Positions 38,910 through 51,129 of a stretch of 64,000 nt of DNA are shown piece after piece. The position numbers and the translations under genes are program-made. Below the pieces are notes generated by a model. It made no database searches. It worked only from the letters and a program-made list of their open reading frames with translations, and was not told the DNA's origin. The stretch's first letter is position 1; every line of letters begins with the position of its first letter. This DNA comes from Chiloscyllium plagiosum. Taxonomy: Eukaryota. The stretch lies in the NCBI RefSeq assembly GCF_004010195.1, contig NC_057718.1, forward strand, positions 103,306,754-103,370,753, read 5' to 3'.

Positions 38910-39641
38910 GAGGAGAAAGTGAGGTCTGCAGATGCTGGAGATCAGAGCTGAAAATGTGTTGCTGGAAAAGCGCAGCAGGTCAGGCAGCATCCAAGGAACA
39001 GGAGAATCGACGTTTCGGGCGTAAGCTCTTCTTCGGGAATGAGGAAAGTGTGTCCAGCAGGCTAAAATAAAACGTAGATTAGATTAGATTAGATTACATT
39101 ACATTACAGTGTGGATCAGCATAGCCAATTCACCTGACCTGCACATCTTTGGACTGTGGGAGGAAACCGGAGCACCCGGAGGAAACCCACGCAGACACGG
39201 GGAGAACGTGCAAACTCCACACAGTCAGTCGCCTGAGGCGGGAAATGAACCCGGGTCTCTGGCGCTGTGAGGGAGCATAGGGAGGAAGGACTTGGGGGAG
39301 GGGCGTTGGAAATGCGATAGGTGGAGGGAGGTCAAGGTGAGGGTGATAGGCCGGAGTGGGGCAACACGACAGCTGGAGGAAGAGTGCCTCATCTTCCGCC
39401 TAGGAACCCTCCAACCACAAGGGATGAACTCAGATTTCTCCAGTTTCCTCATTTCCCCTCCCCCCACCTTGTCTCAGTCAAATCCCTCGAACTCAGCACC
39501 GCCTTCCTCTCTACCTTTTATCTTAGCCTGCTGGACACACTTTCCTCATTCCTGAAGAAGGGCTTATGCCCGAAACGTCGATTGTCCTGTTCCTTGGATG
39601 CTGCCTGATCTGCTGCGCTTTTCCAGCAACACGTTTTCAGC
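38910..39641. mobile_element. PLE family A with long inverted arms and a nested HE1 SINE (39077-39275, minus strand)
   Basis: 15-bp TSD tacatattcatttag (38895 / 39642); plus arm encodes RQLEEECLIFRLGTLQPQGMNSDF (GIY-YIG tail). Confidence 0.9.
39548..39583 (+). ncRNA. Minimal hammerhead ribozyme, intact core (family A)
   Basis: attc-CTGAAGA-a-gggc/ttat/gccc-GAAAC-GTC-gatt. Confidence 0.75.
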
Positions 39642-40101
39642 TACATATTCATTTAGCACCAGGCTGGATGCTCTCCAGCATCCCTACCTTGCCTTTTCTC
39701 CTCTTTACCCCCTTAGCCTGAAAGGTTGAAAGCTGAAAGCACTTCTGCCTTGCCTTGCCATTCAGAGCAGCCAGCAAGCCAGGGAACTGGCCATTGGTAT
39801 CAACAATCAGCAGTCATAGGAGCGGTGCAGCACCATCTTATTTCAATGTCGCACCTAAAACAACCATCAGCTGCCTGCATAGTAAACACACCACATTAAC
39901 TAAATGCCCCTGTCTCAGATCGAAAGGGGTACAATCCCCTCAGTCAAGTCCTGAGGAGGTCTTCTGTCAGTCGGAGGGGCTGGGGTGCAGTCAGTTAAGG
40001 GAACCGTGCAATATCAAGCCAGGCACAGTTCACTCCTTATAAGCGGTGGAAAGCTGAAAGTTAACACTGCACCAGCCTTGTGCCTCTACCTGCCTTACCA
40101 T

Positions 40102-40470
40102 GTTAAAAATCACACAACACCAACATGCTGTCTAGCTAACACCAATTGTTACAGTTAACCTGAGAATGCAACTCCAAAAAAAAATGTTTTGTGATTTACA
40201 CATGAAAGATGTGAAACTATCATGGTATTCGAAAAGATGAAAGACTCAACAGACAATCAAGGTATTTTTCAATGTATAATTTCGGTTACATCACACTGTA
40301 AACTTTTGCTATAAATCCTGTGCCTTACAACTGTGCCCTCCACAACCACCTGATGAAGGAGTGACACTCCGAAAGCTAGTGCTTCCAATTAAACCTGTTG
40401 GACTATAACCTGGTATTGTGTGATTTTTAACTTTGTACACCCCAGTCCAACACCGACATCTCCAAATCAT
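40102..40470 (+). mobile_element. PLE family B element
   Basis: TSD tgccttacca(t/c)g (40091 / 40470); short inverted 5' arm; terminus catctccaaatca. Confidence 0.85.
40345..40381 (+). ncRNA. Minimal hammerhead ribozyme, intact core (family B)
   Basis: cac-CTGATGA-a-ggagt/gac/actcc-GAAAG-CTA-gtg. Confidence 0.75.
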
Positions 40471-41643
40471 GCCTTACCACGGCATGTCTTCTCCTGGAAT
40501 GAGAGAAAGGAAGGGGTTGGGTGAGGTTAAACCGGCCAATAACAAAAACTTACACAATAGTTGAGTGATCAGCTTCCCAGGTGATAATATTTATTAATCC
40601 AGAATCAGTAAAGGGATTACAGCGGTTCATGAAGACAGCCCTCCACCAGCTTCTCCCAGTGACACCTATGTCCCACAGGTGAATACAAAAAGCCACCTTC
40701 ACTTGGATTTAACTGGCCGGCTGAATTTCATGAATGCAGATTCCCCATGAATGAATTGAGGGTTTTTTGTAAATCGAGGGTTTCTGCCTCTACTACCCTT
40801 TCAGACACAACCCTTCTTTAAATAACTTTCAGGCTGAAGCACTCTTACTCTCACTCCAGTCACTGACCCCTCTCCTAATGTAAATGGACCTTACCCATCC
40901 ACTCCATCCTGGCAAATTTGTACATCTTCGCCTAATCTCCCCTCAGCCTCGTCGATTATAATCTCAACTATTCCAATCTTAGCTGATAGCTGCATTTTTC
41001 CGCTTTATAGTGAGATACACGTGCTTCTTGATCAACACCCACTGAAAAGCACCATGCTAAATAAAACTGCATTATTCGAAACCCATATCCCTGCAGAAAC
41101 CGATGTAAACGTTTGCAGGATGCAAAACAAGTACAGAATTCAAACGCAACAGAATTAATATAAACACCAAAGTGAGCATGAGAATATGTAAGAACAATAT
41201 CTTTTACTTTTCTTGCCACTGCTTATGTGGAGATGGGAGACTCGTCTGGAAGGTAAAGGTTGACGGCCATCAGACTGCTCTTTTGCTGCTTTGGAAGTGG
41301 AGGCTTCAGGGTCCTTGGGGGCCAGCTTTTCAAAACTGATCCAGCCTTGAACGAGATCGGCAATGGCTAAGTGAATTGAACAAGCAGGAACTTGCCTAGA
41401 AATGTGCTAGATTGGTGACATGTTCATTCCTCTGTGCTGCTGGATGTCAGCTGAGAAATGTGTTGTATAGGACAGTAAAACTCGTGTTATGACAAAACCG
41501 TGTTATTCCAAATCCCACCAATGCCTGCCTGTATAATACAGTCAATATAATCTCGTCAAATGAGCTACCCAATTTCCATCATACCTAATCCTCCTTCCAA
41601 TTAAACCAAAGAGAGGCACAAAGAATGGTAGGGGATTTAAACA

Positions 41644-41733
41644 CTGAAGAAGGGCTTTGGCCCAAAACGTCGATTTTCTTGCTCCTCAGATGCTGCCTGA
41701 CCTGCTGTGTTTTTCCAGCAACACACTCTCAAC
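41644..41733 (+). mobile_element. About 90-bp PLE family A insertion beginning at the hammerhead core
   Basis: 15-bp TSD aggggatttaaacac (41630 / 41734); GAAA mutated to AAAA. Confidence 0.85.
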
Positions 41734-41779
41734 AGGGGATTTAAACACGTCCATTTCACTGTTACACTGGGGTGGAAAT

Positions 41780-42113
41780 GATCTGATGGTATTACCTTTG
41801 GACTATTAATCCAGAGACACAGGTAATGTGCTGGGAATCCCGCAATGGTGGATGTTGGAATTTTAATTCAAAAGAAATATGGGGTTAAATATCAAAGGAT
41901 GACAATGAATCTATTGTCTATTGTTAGGTAAATCCCATCTGGTTCACCAATGACCTTTAGGGCAGGAAATTGCCATCCTTACCTGGTCTGGTCTACATGT
42001 GACTCCAGACCTACAGCAATAAAGTTGACTCTGAAATGCCCTTTGGGCAATTTGGGATAGACAATGAATGCTGGACTAGTCAATGACACCCACATCCTGG
42101 GAATGAATAAAAA
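41780..42113 (+). mobile_element. SINE family 2 (tRNA-like head, tail shared with the L2-group LINE)
   Basis: catctggttcaccaatgacctttagggcaggaaa...gtgactccagacc...cacccacatcctgggaatgaat. Confidence 0.75.
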
Positions 42114-42592
42114 TCATTACCCAAAGCCAAAGTTGAACCCTAAATGCCTGCTTGAAAAGCTCACACATAACACATGGACGTAGTCAAGCCGAAAATAAAC
42201 ATGAGATGATGTGTTGGGTTACAGTAAAATCGCTCATTTGGGAACTGAGTCAGCTGGAAAGAAAGTAGATAAGTAAAGGACAGGTAGTGTGGATTGGCAA
42301 AAAGTTTGTCATGTTTACAAGAATTTTGTTTGAAGACATGATAACTGTTGAAGAAAGGAATTTCATGGAGGTTGGGTCTGTGGATTTTCAGAAGACATGG
42401 AACAAGATGCTGTATGGAAAGCTTACTCAGCAAGTTCTGGTGCATGGATGGATCATGTTGATTACTTGGTGCCAATTATGAGTAATACAAAATAGATCCC
42501 ATAGAATGGTTGGGGAAGACAGTGGAAGGCTAACATGACCCACACATTATTGTTAATATTAAAGCTAAGCATGAGTTCTTTTTATTCTGACT

Positions 42593-42925
42593 CATAGAAC
42601 TCCTATAGGTTGGAAGCAGGCCATTCAGTCCATATCAATCCTCTGAAGAGCATCCCAAATAGACCTACCCCAGCTATCCTATAACCCTGCATTTCCCATG
42701 GCTAACCCACCTAGCCTGCAGGTTATGGGCAATTTAGCATGGCCAATTGACCTAGCCTACACATCTTTGGAGTGTGAGAGGAAACCGGAGCAGCCGGTGG
42801 AAACCCACCCAGACACGGGGAGAATGTGCTAACTCCACACAGACAGTCGCCCGAGGTTGGAATCGAATCTGGGACCCTGGCACTCAGAGTCAGCAGTGCT
42901 AGCCACTGAGCCATTGTGCTGTGTG
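42593..42925 (-). mobile_element. HE1-type V-SINE
   Basis: Reverse complement V-domain and A/B boxes. Confidence 0.85.
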
Positions 42926-43574
42926 CCCTTCTATGCAGTGTTAGAGAGAGCATTGAGGTAATTTAATGAAAAGACAGAGAGCAGAGCAGGGAATGTTGAT
43001 TATTTTATATTAAAGGGTGGCAACCTCTGGCCAAAATGGGTCACATGTTGGTCGCAGAATCCACCTGATTTTCAGTTCAATTGCCCAACAAACACTTCAA
43101 ATCTCCTTTCACAGATAGTATCCTCCTGAGGGCTGTTTGGTGGAATATCATTCTCTAAAGTCCCTGTTTGCTTTTTAAATCCACCTGACTTTCTGTCTGT
43201 AGCAGATAACTGACTTTGTTTATTCTGTGATTTGAATGTTCTTGTAGGACATCTTCTACAGTGGTACCATCAGGGTCCTCTGTTGTATCCCATACCACAC
43301 ACAGAGTTAACCCTTTTGCTCCATCGAAATGTACCAGACTAATTTTTCTTTGCTGTTTCTAATTTAAGTTTTTGTTTGTCTCTTTTCTCCCACAGTTATG
43401 GGTCAGGATGTTGATATTTTACCTTCCAGCAACGTCAACAACCTGAGACTGTCAGTAGCTGCATCTACGATTACCTTAGATCAACAATTACCTGCCCCTT
43501 TATTTTAAGTTAGCACTGGTATTGCAAGGCCACGTCCATTGTGTTAATGTTGAGTGTGCACCTGTAGGTCAACA

Positions 43575-44397
43575 CTGAGCTGAAAATGTGTTGCTGGAAA
43601 AGTACAGCAGGTCAGGCAGCATCCAAGGAACAGGAGAATCGACGTTTCGGGCATAAGCCCTTCTTCAGGAATGAGGAAAGTGTGTCCAGCAGGCTAAGAA
43701 AAAACGTAGGGAGGAGGGACTTGGGGGAGGGGCTTTGGAAATGCGATAGGTGGAGGGAGGTCAAGGTGAGGGTGATAGGCCGGAGTGGGGTGGGGACGGA
43801 GAGGTCAGGAAGATGATTGCAGGTTAGGAAGGCGGTGCTGAGTTTGAGGGATTGACCCAGTAAGATTAGTGAGGCATGACCTGCCCCTCACAAAGCCATG
43901 CTGACTGCCTTTAATCACGCTATGCTTTTCCAAATAGTCATAAATCCTATTCCTCAGAATTCTTTCCAAAACCTTGCTGACCACAGANNNNNNNNNNNNN
44001 NNNNNNNNNNNNNNNNNNNNNNNNNNNNNNNNNNNNNNNNNNNNNNNNNNNNNNNNNNNNNNNNNNNNNNNNNNNNNNNNNNNNNNNNNNNNNNNNNNNN
44101 NNNNNNNNNNNNNNNNNNNNNNNNNNNNNNNNNNNNNNNNNNNNNNNNNNNNNNNNNNNNNNGGAGGGAGTGGTCTTTTCGGAATGCTGATAGGGGAGGG
44201 GAGGGGAATATATCACTGGTGGTGGGGTCCGTTTGGAGGTGGCGGAAATGACGGCGGATGATACGTTGTACATGGAGGTTGGTGGGGTGGTAGGTGAGGA
44301 CCAGTGAGGTTCTGTCCTGGTGGCGATTGGAGGGGTGGGGCTCAAGGGCGGAGGAGCGGGAAGTGGAAGAAATGTGGTGGAGGGCATCGTCGACTAG
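43575..44397 (-). mobile_element. 5'-truncated PLE family A spanning an assembly gap, with an internal CR1 fragment (43855-43987)
   Basis: Minus-strand LVLTYHPTNLHVQRIIRRHFRHLQTDPTTSDIFPSPPLSAFRKDHSL (PLE RT-to-endonuclease linker); TSD gtaggtcaaca (43564 / 44398); intact hammerhead at 43637-43672 on minus strand. Confidence 0.85.
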
Positions 44398-44489
44398 GTA
44401 GGTCAACAGCAAACTAACCAAAAGTACAAGGCTCCACATGGACCAGGCTTGGGTCTCAGCTCCCTCCTCCAGAACTAAGGCCATAGTCC

Positions 44490-44755
44490 AAGAATGAGGG
44501 CCTGACCATTCAGGAGAGATGTTAGGAAGCACTTGTATACACAAAGGTGGGAGATGTTTGGAGCTCTCTTCCACAAATGGCAGTAGATGCTGGGTCAGTT
44601 GTTAATTTTAAATAAATAGATAATAGATAATATTTTGTTAAGCAAAGGTATTAAGAGCTTTGGTCCAAAAGCAGGTATATGGAGTTAGCCATGACCTCAG
44701 GGAGTGGTGGAACAGTCTCAAAGGGCTGAATGGCCTACTGCCGTTCCTATGTTAA
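44490..44755 (+). mobile_element. Old CR1-type LINE 3' end
   Basis: agcaaaggtattaagagc...aagggctgaatggcctactgccgttcctatgtt tail. Confidence 0.7.
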
Positions 44756-45574
44756 CGTAACAAGCCATTGACAACTTGTGGAAAACAAGAGATGTGGCTG
44801 GATGGCTTCCAGCTCCACTGGCTCAGGCAAATAAAGGGCATCTCCAGCAACAACGTGGCAGTAAATATGGAAGTGGACCAGTGCACAAAGACTCTCAGCG
44901 TGTTCACTCACTTGAGTGGGCAATGATTTCAATGGCCGTGTCACCAAATAGTTGCTGACCACATTCCCAATGACATGTCCTGCGGCAAATTTGCTACTGG
45001 CACAAATCACCAGGTCTCCCATGTGGACCAGGATCGGAGATGATGCATGGCAGAGGACAAAAGAAATGAGAAAGGAAATTCTCTCAAAATTTTCTTTCTT
45101 GAATGAACTGATTTCACCAATTCCTGAACAAGCTATACGTTAAAAATTGCGTGTTGGTGGTGCCGCCTACTTTAAATGATTGAATGGTGTTTCGCAAGCC
45201 ATCCTGGCCCCTACAAATAATTTGGTTAATTAAGCAAAGCCACAACTTTTACGATAAGCCCCAGCCCAGTTTTATAATAATCACAGTCTCTTCCAGTTGA
45301 CTCATAAATAAAATGTTAAAGATTTTCACTGGCTCCAGGTTCTTTAACTCATAATACAGCTCCAATTATTTTCATAATTATATCAAGTGCCAGATTCAAT
45401 TGTTCTTCAATTGAAATTGCTTTTGTTTTAGTGTTTCTTTTTCAGTGATTTTGGGGGAAAATGGGTGTTTTCACCTCCTCAATTGTTCCTACAAATTACT
45501 TAGTTCATTGCTCACATCTTTTGTAAATTTTTAGGTTGTGTTTAGTCACTTGTTGGCTGACAAATTGCATACTT

Positions 45575-46428
45575 TTCATTTCCTTTAGTCTCCCATAGGA
45601 TTTGGGCGTTTATGGCAGGGTCAGCGTCTATTGCCCGTCCCTAACTGCCCCTTCAGAAGATGGTGATGAGCTGCCTTCTTGAATCGCTGCAGTCCATGCT
45701 CAACAGGTTGACACAATGGTGTTGTTAGGGAGAGAATTCCAGGATTGACCCAGCAACACTGAAGGAACAGTGATCTATTTCTAAGTCAGGATGGTGAGTG
45801 GCTTGGCTGTTTTTGCCATCTCCAGTGCTTAGATCAATGCCAGGTCAATTTCATTCATTCTTTCTAGCATTTGTTACAATTGCTTGGCTTGATAGGTCAT
45901 TTCAGAGGGGAGTCAAGGATCAGCCACTTGTTCTGGGTCTGGAGTCACCTATAGAGAAAGGACAGCATTTTCCTTCCTCAAGGAGCATTAGTGAACCAGA
46001 TGGGTTTTTAGGACAGTTCCCACTTTGTCAGTTCATGTTCACCAACTAGCTTGGATGCTTGGATCTTAGGTTGAACATATTGTTGGCGTAGAATTTGAGG
46101 GACAATAATGTATGGTTCAACAATATGACCACTATTGCACTGTTTTAAGCCTTCGTAAACCGTTTTTAGATAACATGGGAACACCACTAACTGCAAGTTC
46201 CCTCCAAGCCACTCACCATCCTGACTTGCAAATATATCGCCATACATTCACAGTCACTAGGTCAAAGTCCTGGAATTCCCTCCTATGGGCATTGTGGGTC
46301 AGCCTACGCACTTGGACTACAGCAGTTCAAGAAGGCAGCTCACCCCCATCTTCTCAAGGGCAACTAGAGACAGGGAGGAAACGCTGACCCAGCCAGCAAT
46401 ACCCATGTCCCATGAGTGGATAAAAAAA
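45575..46428. mobile_element. Two oppositely oriented L2-group LINE 3' ends (45575-45810 minus, 46170-46428 plus) around a family-2 SINE fragment
   Basis: ORF LQATHHPDLQIYRHTFTVTRSKSWNSL on plus strand; reverse-complement copy upstream. Confidence 0.75.
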
Positions 46429-46596
46429 GTTATCCGCATTGGTTGAGGTTGCTTCACTGATTTAAATTACCAAGTTGTTCCCTAAATTTGCAGATAATAT
46501 AGACAGTTTCACTGTGATTCTTTAACTGGCATAGTTCACTTTATAATGCATGTGTGAAACACCTTGAGATGCTTTATAAAAAAATCAAAAGACTGC

Positions 46597-46810
46597 AAAG
46601 TTAAAAATCACACAACGCCAGGTTATAGTCCAATAGGTTTATTTGGAAGCACTAGCTTTTGGAGCGACGCTCCTTCATCAGACAACCATCTGATGAAGAA
46701 GCAGCACTCCGAAAGCTAGTGCTTCCAAATAAACCTGTTGGGCTATAATGTGGCATTGTGTGATTTTTAACTTTGTACACCCCAGTCCAACACCGGTGTC
46801 TCCAAATCAA
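46597..46810. mobile_element. PLE family B fold-back with back-to-back hammerhead motifs
   Basis: ctccttcatcag-acaaccat-ctgatgaagaagcagcactccgaaagctagtg; aaatcaaaaga duplicated on both sides. Confidence 0.85.
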
Positions 46811-46814
46811 AAGA

Positions 46815-47020
46815 TGATGTAAATCTGAAACAAAAACAGAAATTGCTGTAAGAGCTCAGCAGGTCTGGCAGTGTCTGTGAAGAGAAATTAGAGTTAACAG
46901 TTCCGCTCCGATGACCCTTCCTCAGAACTCAGGAAGCATCACCAGACCCAAAACGTTAACTCTGATTTCTCTTCACAGACACTGCCAGACCTGCGGAGTT
47001 TTCTCAGCAACTACTGCTTG
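46815..47020. mobile_element. PLE family C fold-back
   Basis: gcaggtctggcagtgtctgtgaagagaaat / atttctcttcacagacactgccagacctgc. Confidence 0.8.
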
Positions 47021-48089
47021 AGATGTTTTGTTAGTTAAAGGCACAATTTAAATGTAAGTTGCTTTTTTTTTAAAAGTAAGGAGCCAATACTTATCCCTAC
47101 AACAACATCATTAGAAAACCTTTAAAAGACTGGTGTTGTGGGATCTTGCTGTGCACATCCCATTTCCCAGTATCCCATTCTGCTTTCAGTTGATGAGAAT
47201 GCACTAAAGTTTGAAGAATGGTATGCTGTCAATAATGGTAATGGAAGTGATGAGCCCAAGCTGCAAAGTTTAATGACTGGAAATTTTCTTGGAAATATAT
47301 TGTGTTTTACCTGTGCAGTCCCAATGAAATTCATAACCATGAATTATACCGAAAGCTGTCAAGGTGGGAGTCAAATATTGCAAAATCTCAACTTTAAACT
47401 CCATTATCCGTCAGAAAGCGAACCATCTTTCACCCTCATGGTTCATGGGATCATCTGTACAACTCTCTAACAACCTCCCTGGGGGAGCCGATATTCTTGA
47501 TCGGGGTTTTGTTTGAGTTCAGTTGTTATTGGCGTCTGTTACTTTGTGGGTATAAAAGGGCAGTATTGGTATTTTATAGCTGACAAAATTTACAAACAAG
47601 GTTAAAAATGCTCGCAGTTACATGGCACACTACACAGTCTTTTATGCTGTAAATATAGATTTGACACTTCTGACAAGAGAACAACTTCTACAAAAGTTAT
47701 GGAGCACTCTAAATGTTGGCATTTTATGGCTAATACCTTATATCAGTATTATTTCAATCACAACTTTCTTGTCCAAACTTGTGCAGTCAGTCCATAATTT
47801 CCTGTGGGAAGGACAATATAATTTATTACTGAACACGCAGTAATTCATTTGTTCTTTATGTTCTCTAAAACAAAGATCTCATGTTTAGAATGAAAGGTCT
47901 AATGTGAGTTATATTTTGTTTATGCCCTGCAAAAAAACTCTTCTTTTGTGGCTTGCCAATTTTTTCTCCCCTCCCAGTCTGTGCTACCTGATCTAACGTC
48001 CGATTAGAGGCGATTTTAACCCTGTTTGCAAGGCTGGTTTCCTCAGGTTTTGATTTTAACCAGAGTTTCAGCACGTGTGCTGGGGCCTA

Positions 48090-48235
48090 TAGAATCACAT
48101 AGCGTGGAAACAGACCCTTCGCTCCAACCAGTCCCCACTGACTATTATCCAAATTAAACTAGTCCCACCTGCCTGCAGTTGACCCACATCCCTCCAATCC
48201 TTTCCTATTCATAAATTTATTCAAATGTCTTTTTA
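48090..48235 (-). mobile_element. CR1/HER1-like 3' end
   Basis: gtggaaacagacccttcg...aaactagtcccacctgcctgc. Confidence 0.75.
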
Positions 48236-48829
48236 TAATATAATGAACAGGCTTGGAATTTCCTCAAAACCTGACATCAATCTGGTGAGAAGGAGGAGCT
48301 GGAGCAAAGAAGGTAGACTTTTGACTTTTCCTGTAGGTCAAGATGGAGAAGGTGATGTCTCTCCAGACCATAAGGTACCACTTTAACCTCCCTCATCCAG
48401 GACTTTTCCTCCCCCCCATCAGCTTCCCTGCTTCTCCTGTTCTAACTTAGAGTCCTTGAGGACCTTCAGGGATGTGTGAGCCTCAGTGATGACCATTAGT
48501 CCAACCAGAATCGTATTCAAATTTTTGGGAAGCGAATCAAGCTTCAGGAAATGTGGCATTGCTTTAAAAGGCTCCTTGAAATCGGCCTTTAAAGGGAGCT
48601 TCAAAGAATTGCAGAAATAAAGATGGGGAGCATCCTATTTCCTGACTTGATCAGATAAAAGTTTAGAACTTGAAATTCAAGCTGCTGATGGGATAGGACA
48701 TTCTTGGTGACCACACTCGCCCGAGTTAATGTCACGGTCCAAGGCCCAGAGTTTCTGCAAAAGCTTTAATGTGACTGCGATGTAATAATAACTACAGAGC
48801 TATCTATTGTTGTAAACCCTTTGTAAGAC

Positions 48830-49235
48830 CCTTTAGAACGGAGATAAGGAGAAACTCCTTCAGCCAGAGAGTGGGGAATCCATGGAATTCACTGCCACAG
48901 AAGGCTTTCGAGGCCAGGTCATTGGAGTATATTTAAGACAGAGATAGTTAGATTCTTGTTGGTTAAGGGGATCAAAGGTTACAGGGAGAAGGCGGGAGAG
49001 TGGGGTTGAGAAACTTATCAGCCAGGATTGAATGGAAGTAGACAAACAAAACTGCAGATGCTTGAATCTAAAGTAGACAGATATGATGCTGGAGAAACAC
49101 AGCAAGCCAGGCATCATCAGGAGGTGGAGAAGTCAATATTTTGGGTATAACCCTTCTTCAGGATTGGATTGAATGGCGGAGCAAACTCGATGGGTCAAAT
49201 GGCTTAATTTCTGCCTCTATTCTTGTGATCTTAGA
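48830..49235 (+). mobile_element. CR1 3' fragment with a nested PLE A-related insertion (49036-49165, minus strand)
   Basis: TSD ggattgaatgg (49025 / 49166); insertion begins just before CTGAAGA. Confidence 0.75.
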
Positions 49236-50689
49236 GCCCAAACACCAATCTGGTTCACTCGTGGCTTTCTGAGATAGGAAATTCCCCATCCTTACCTGAT
49301 CGAGCCCATGTTTGACTCTAGGCCCACTTCAATGTGGTTGGCTCATACTGCCCTGTGAAATGGCCCAGTGAACCCCTCGATTCAAGGGCAATTATGGGCA
49401 GGCAGCAAATGCTGGCCTTGCTGGCGAGGCCTACATTTCTTGAAAACAAAGTTTCTTAAAAACCCACTGCTGCTTTCCCACTTTGCTTCATGCCAAATTG
49501 TTGCCTTCCAGTGTAAGCAAGTGAAGTCCACAGGAAATTCCGGTGTGAGTTCCCGTTAATGAGGTCAGCCCGAACCCAAGGGCACGTTTCGGAGTCAGCA
49601 CTGTTTGGGATCTTCTGGACCACCTGTGCCTTCCTTTTGCAATGGCAAATTTCTTCAATGGCAGAAGAGTGGCCTCTGTGAGAATAAGGTTAGGTCATTC
49701 TATGCCACACTGTGCACTCTGAGCGCTATATTAAAACATAAAGCTCAACAAAAACTACCTTTGTACTGAGCAAACCCCAGGCTAATACTGGTCTTCCCAG
49801 TTGTCAGCCCTAGCGAATCCAGTAATCTCTCCACCAGCTGCACCAACCAGCAACATTAGCATGACAGTTAACTCATTATAAAAGCAGCCTTAAATATCTA
49901 ACATAACAGAGTCCTTTAACAAGACTTTGACTGCCTTGGTTTATATTTCCCTCTCAGTTCTATATATTTGAACTCAGCGGAGTTGCTGATACCAAATCTC
50001 TCCATGATAAGAAATAAAAGTAGATGGGAGTACAGTCTCTCTATTGCCTTGTGCAAAGACCATCAAATTCAACAGATCACCATCCTCTCATCTCTGATTT
50101 CTGCTACTACATCTACGAGGCATTGTCATAACCTTTATATATTCTGGCTAATTCAATAGTTGCCTTTTCAATTCAATCTGGAAGTTTCAGCAGTTCTGCT
50201 AAAAATATAAGTCAGTTATCTGAGTCATTCTTCATTCCTGTTCTAATATGCTTCTTTCAGTGGCTGTTTCCATTTCATTTCCATACGGGAAACTCTCGTG
50301 TCTAATTTGGAGAGCCAGAATACATTTCTATTAAACATGACATCTATCCAGGTCTTCCAGAGACAATTCAATACCAGAATTAGAATTTTAATAGAATGTT
50401 TTCCAAATATCCTCCTTCAGCCCTCAGATAAATCAAAGTATAAATATTCGCAGTACTTGTTTCAGTAGGGCACAGACCGAAATCAATAATTTCATATCTG
50501 AGACCAATAATAAAATGACCTAACTAGACAATTACTGGATATTGTTCATATCTGAGCATTTTTTTTTGTCTCAATGGCCTTATAGAATTGCACATTCCCT
50601 TGAAGTCACTAACAGCCTGAACAGTGAAATTCTCGCGAATGTCTTGTGCCAAGGTTTCTGATGTCCTGAGTTTTCATTTTCTTTAATGG

Positions 50690-51125
50690 AAACAGGGAGA
50701 GGCTGAACAGGCTGGGGCTGTTTTCCTTGGAGCGCGGTGGCTGAGGGGTGACCTTATAGAGGTTTATAAAACCATGAGGGGCATGGTTAGGGTAAATAGC
50801 CAAGGTCTTTTCCCTGGTTGGGGAGTCCAAAACTAGAGGACATAGGTTTAAGGTGAGAGGGGAAAGATTTAAAAGGGATCGGAGGAGCAACTTTTTCACA
50901 CAGAGGGTGGTACGTGTATGGAATGAGCTGCCAGAGGAAGTGGTGGAGGCTGGTATAATTACAACAGTAAAAAGGCAACTGGATGAGTATACAAATAGGA
51001 AGGCTTTAGAGGGATATGGGTCAAATGCTGGCAAATGGGACTAGATTCATTTAGGCTATCTGGTTGGCATGGACGAGTTGGACTGAAGGGTCTGTTTCAG
51101 TGCTGTACATCTCTATGGCTTTATA
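50690..51125 (+). mobile_element. CR1/HER1-like LINE 3' fragment
   Basis: ORF RGERFKRDRRSNFFTQRVVRVWNELPEEVVEAG. Confidence 0.9.
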
Positions 51126-51129
51126 AATA

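Noticed and set aside
40357..40370. Compensatory C-G to T-A change in hammerhead stem II as proof of selection
   Set aside because: Both substitutions are explained by CpG deamination on opposite strands
43396..43508. Exon after a strong acceptor (MGQDVDILPSS...)
   Set aside because: No good donor, short ORF, no recognisable homology
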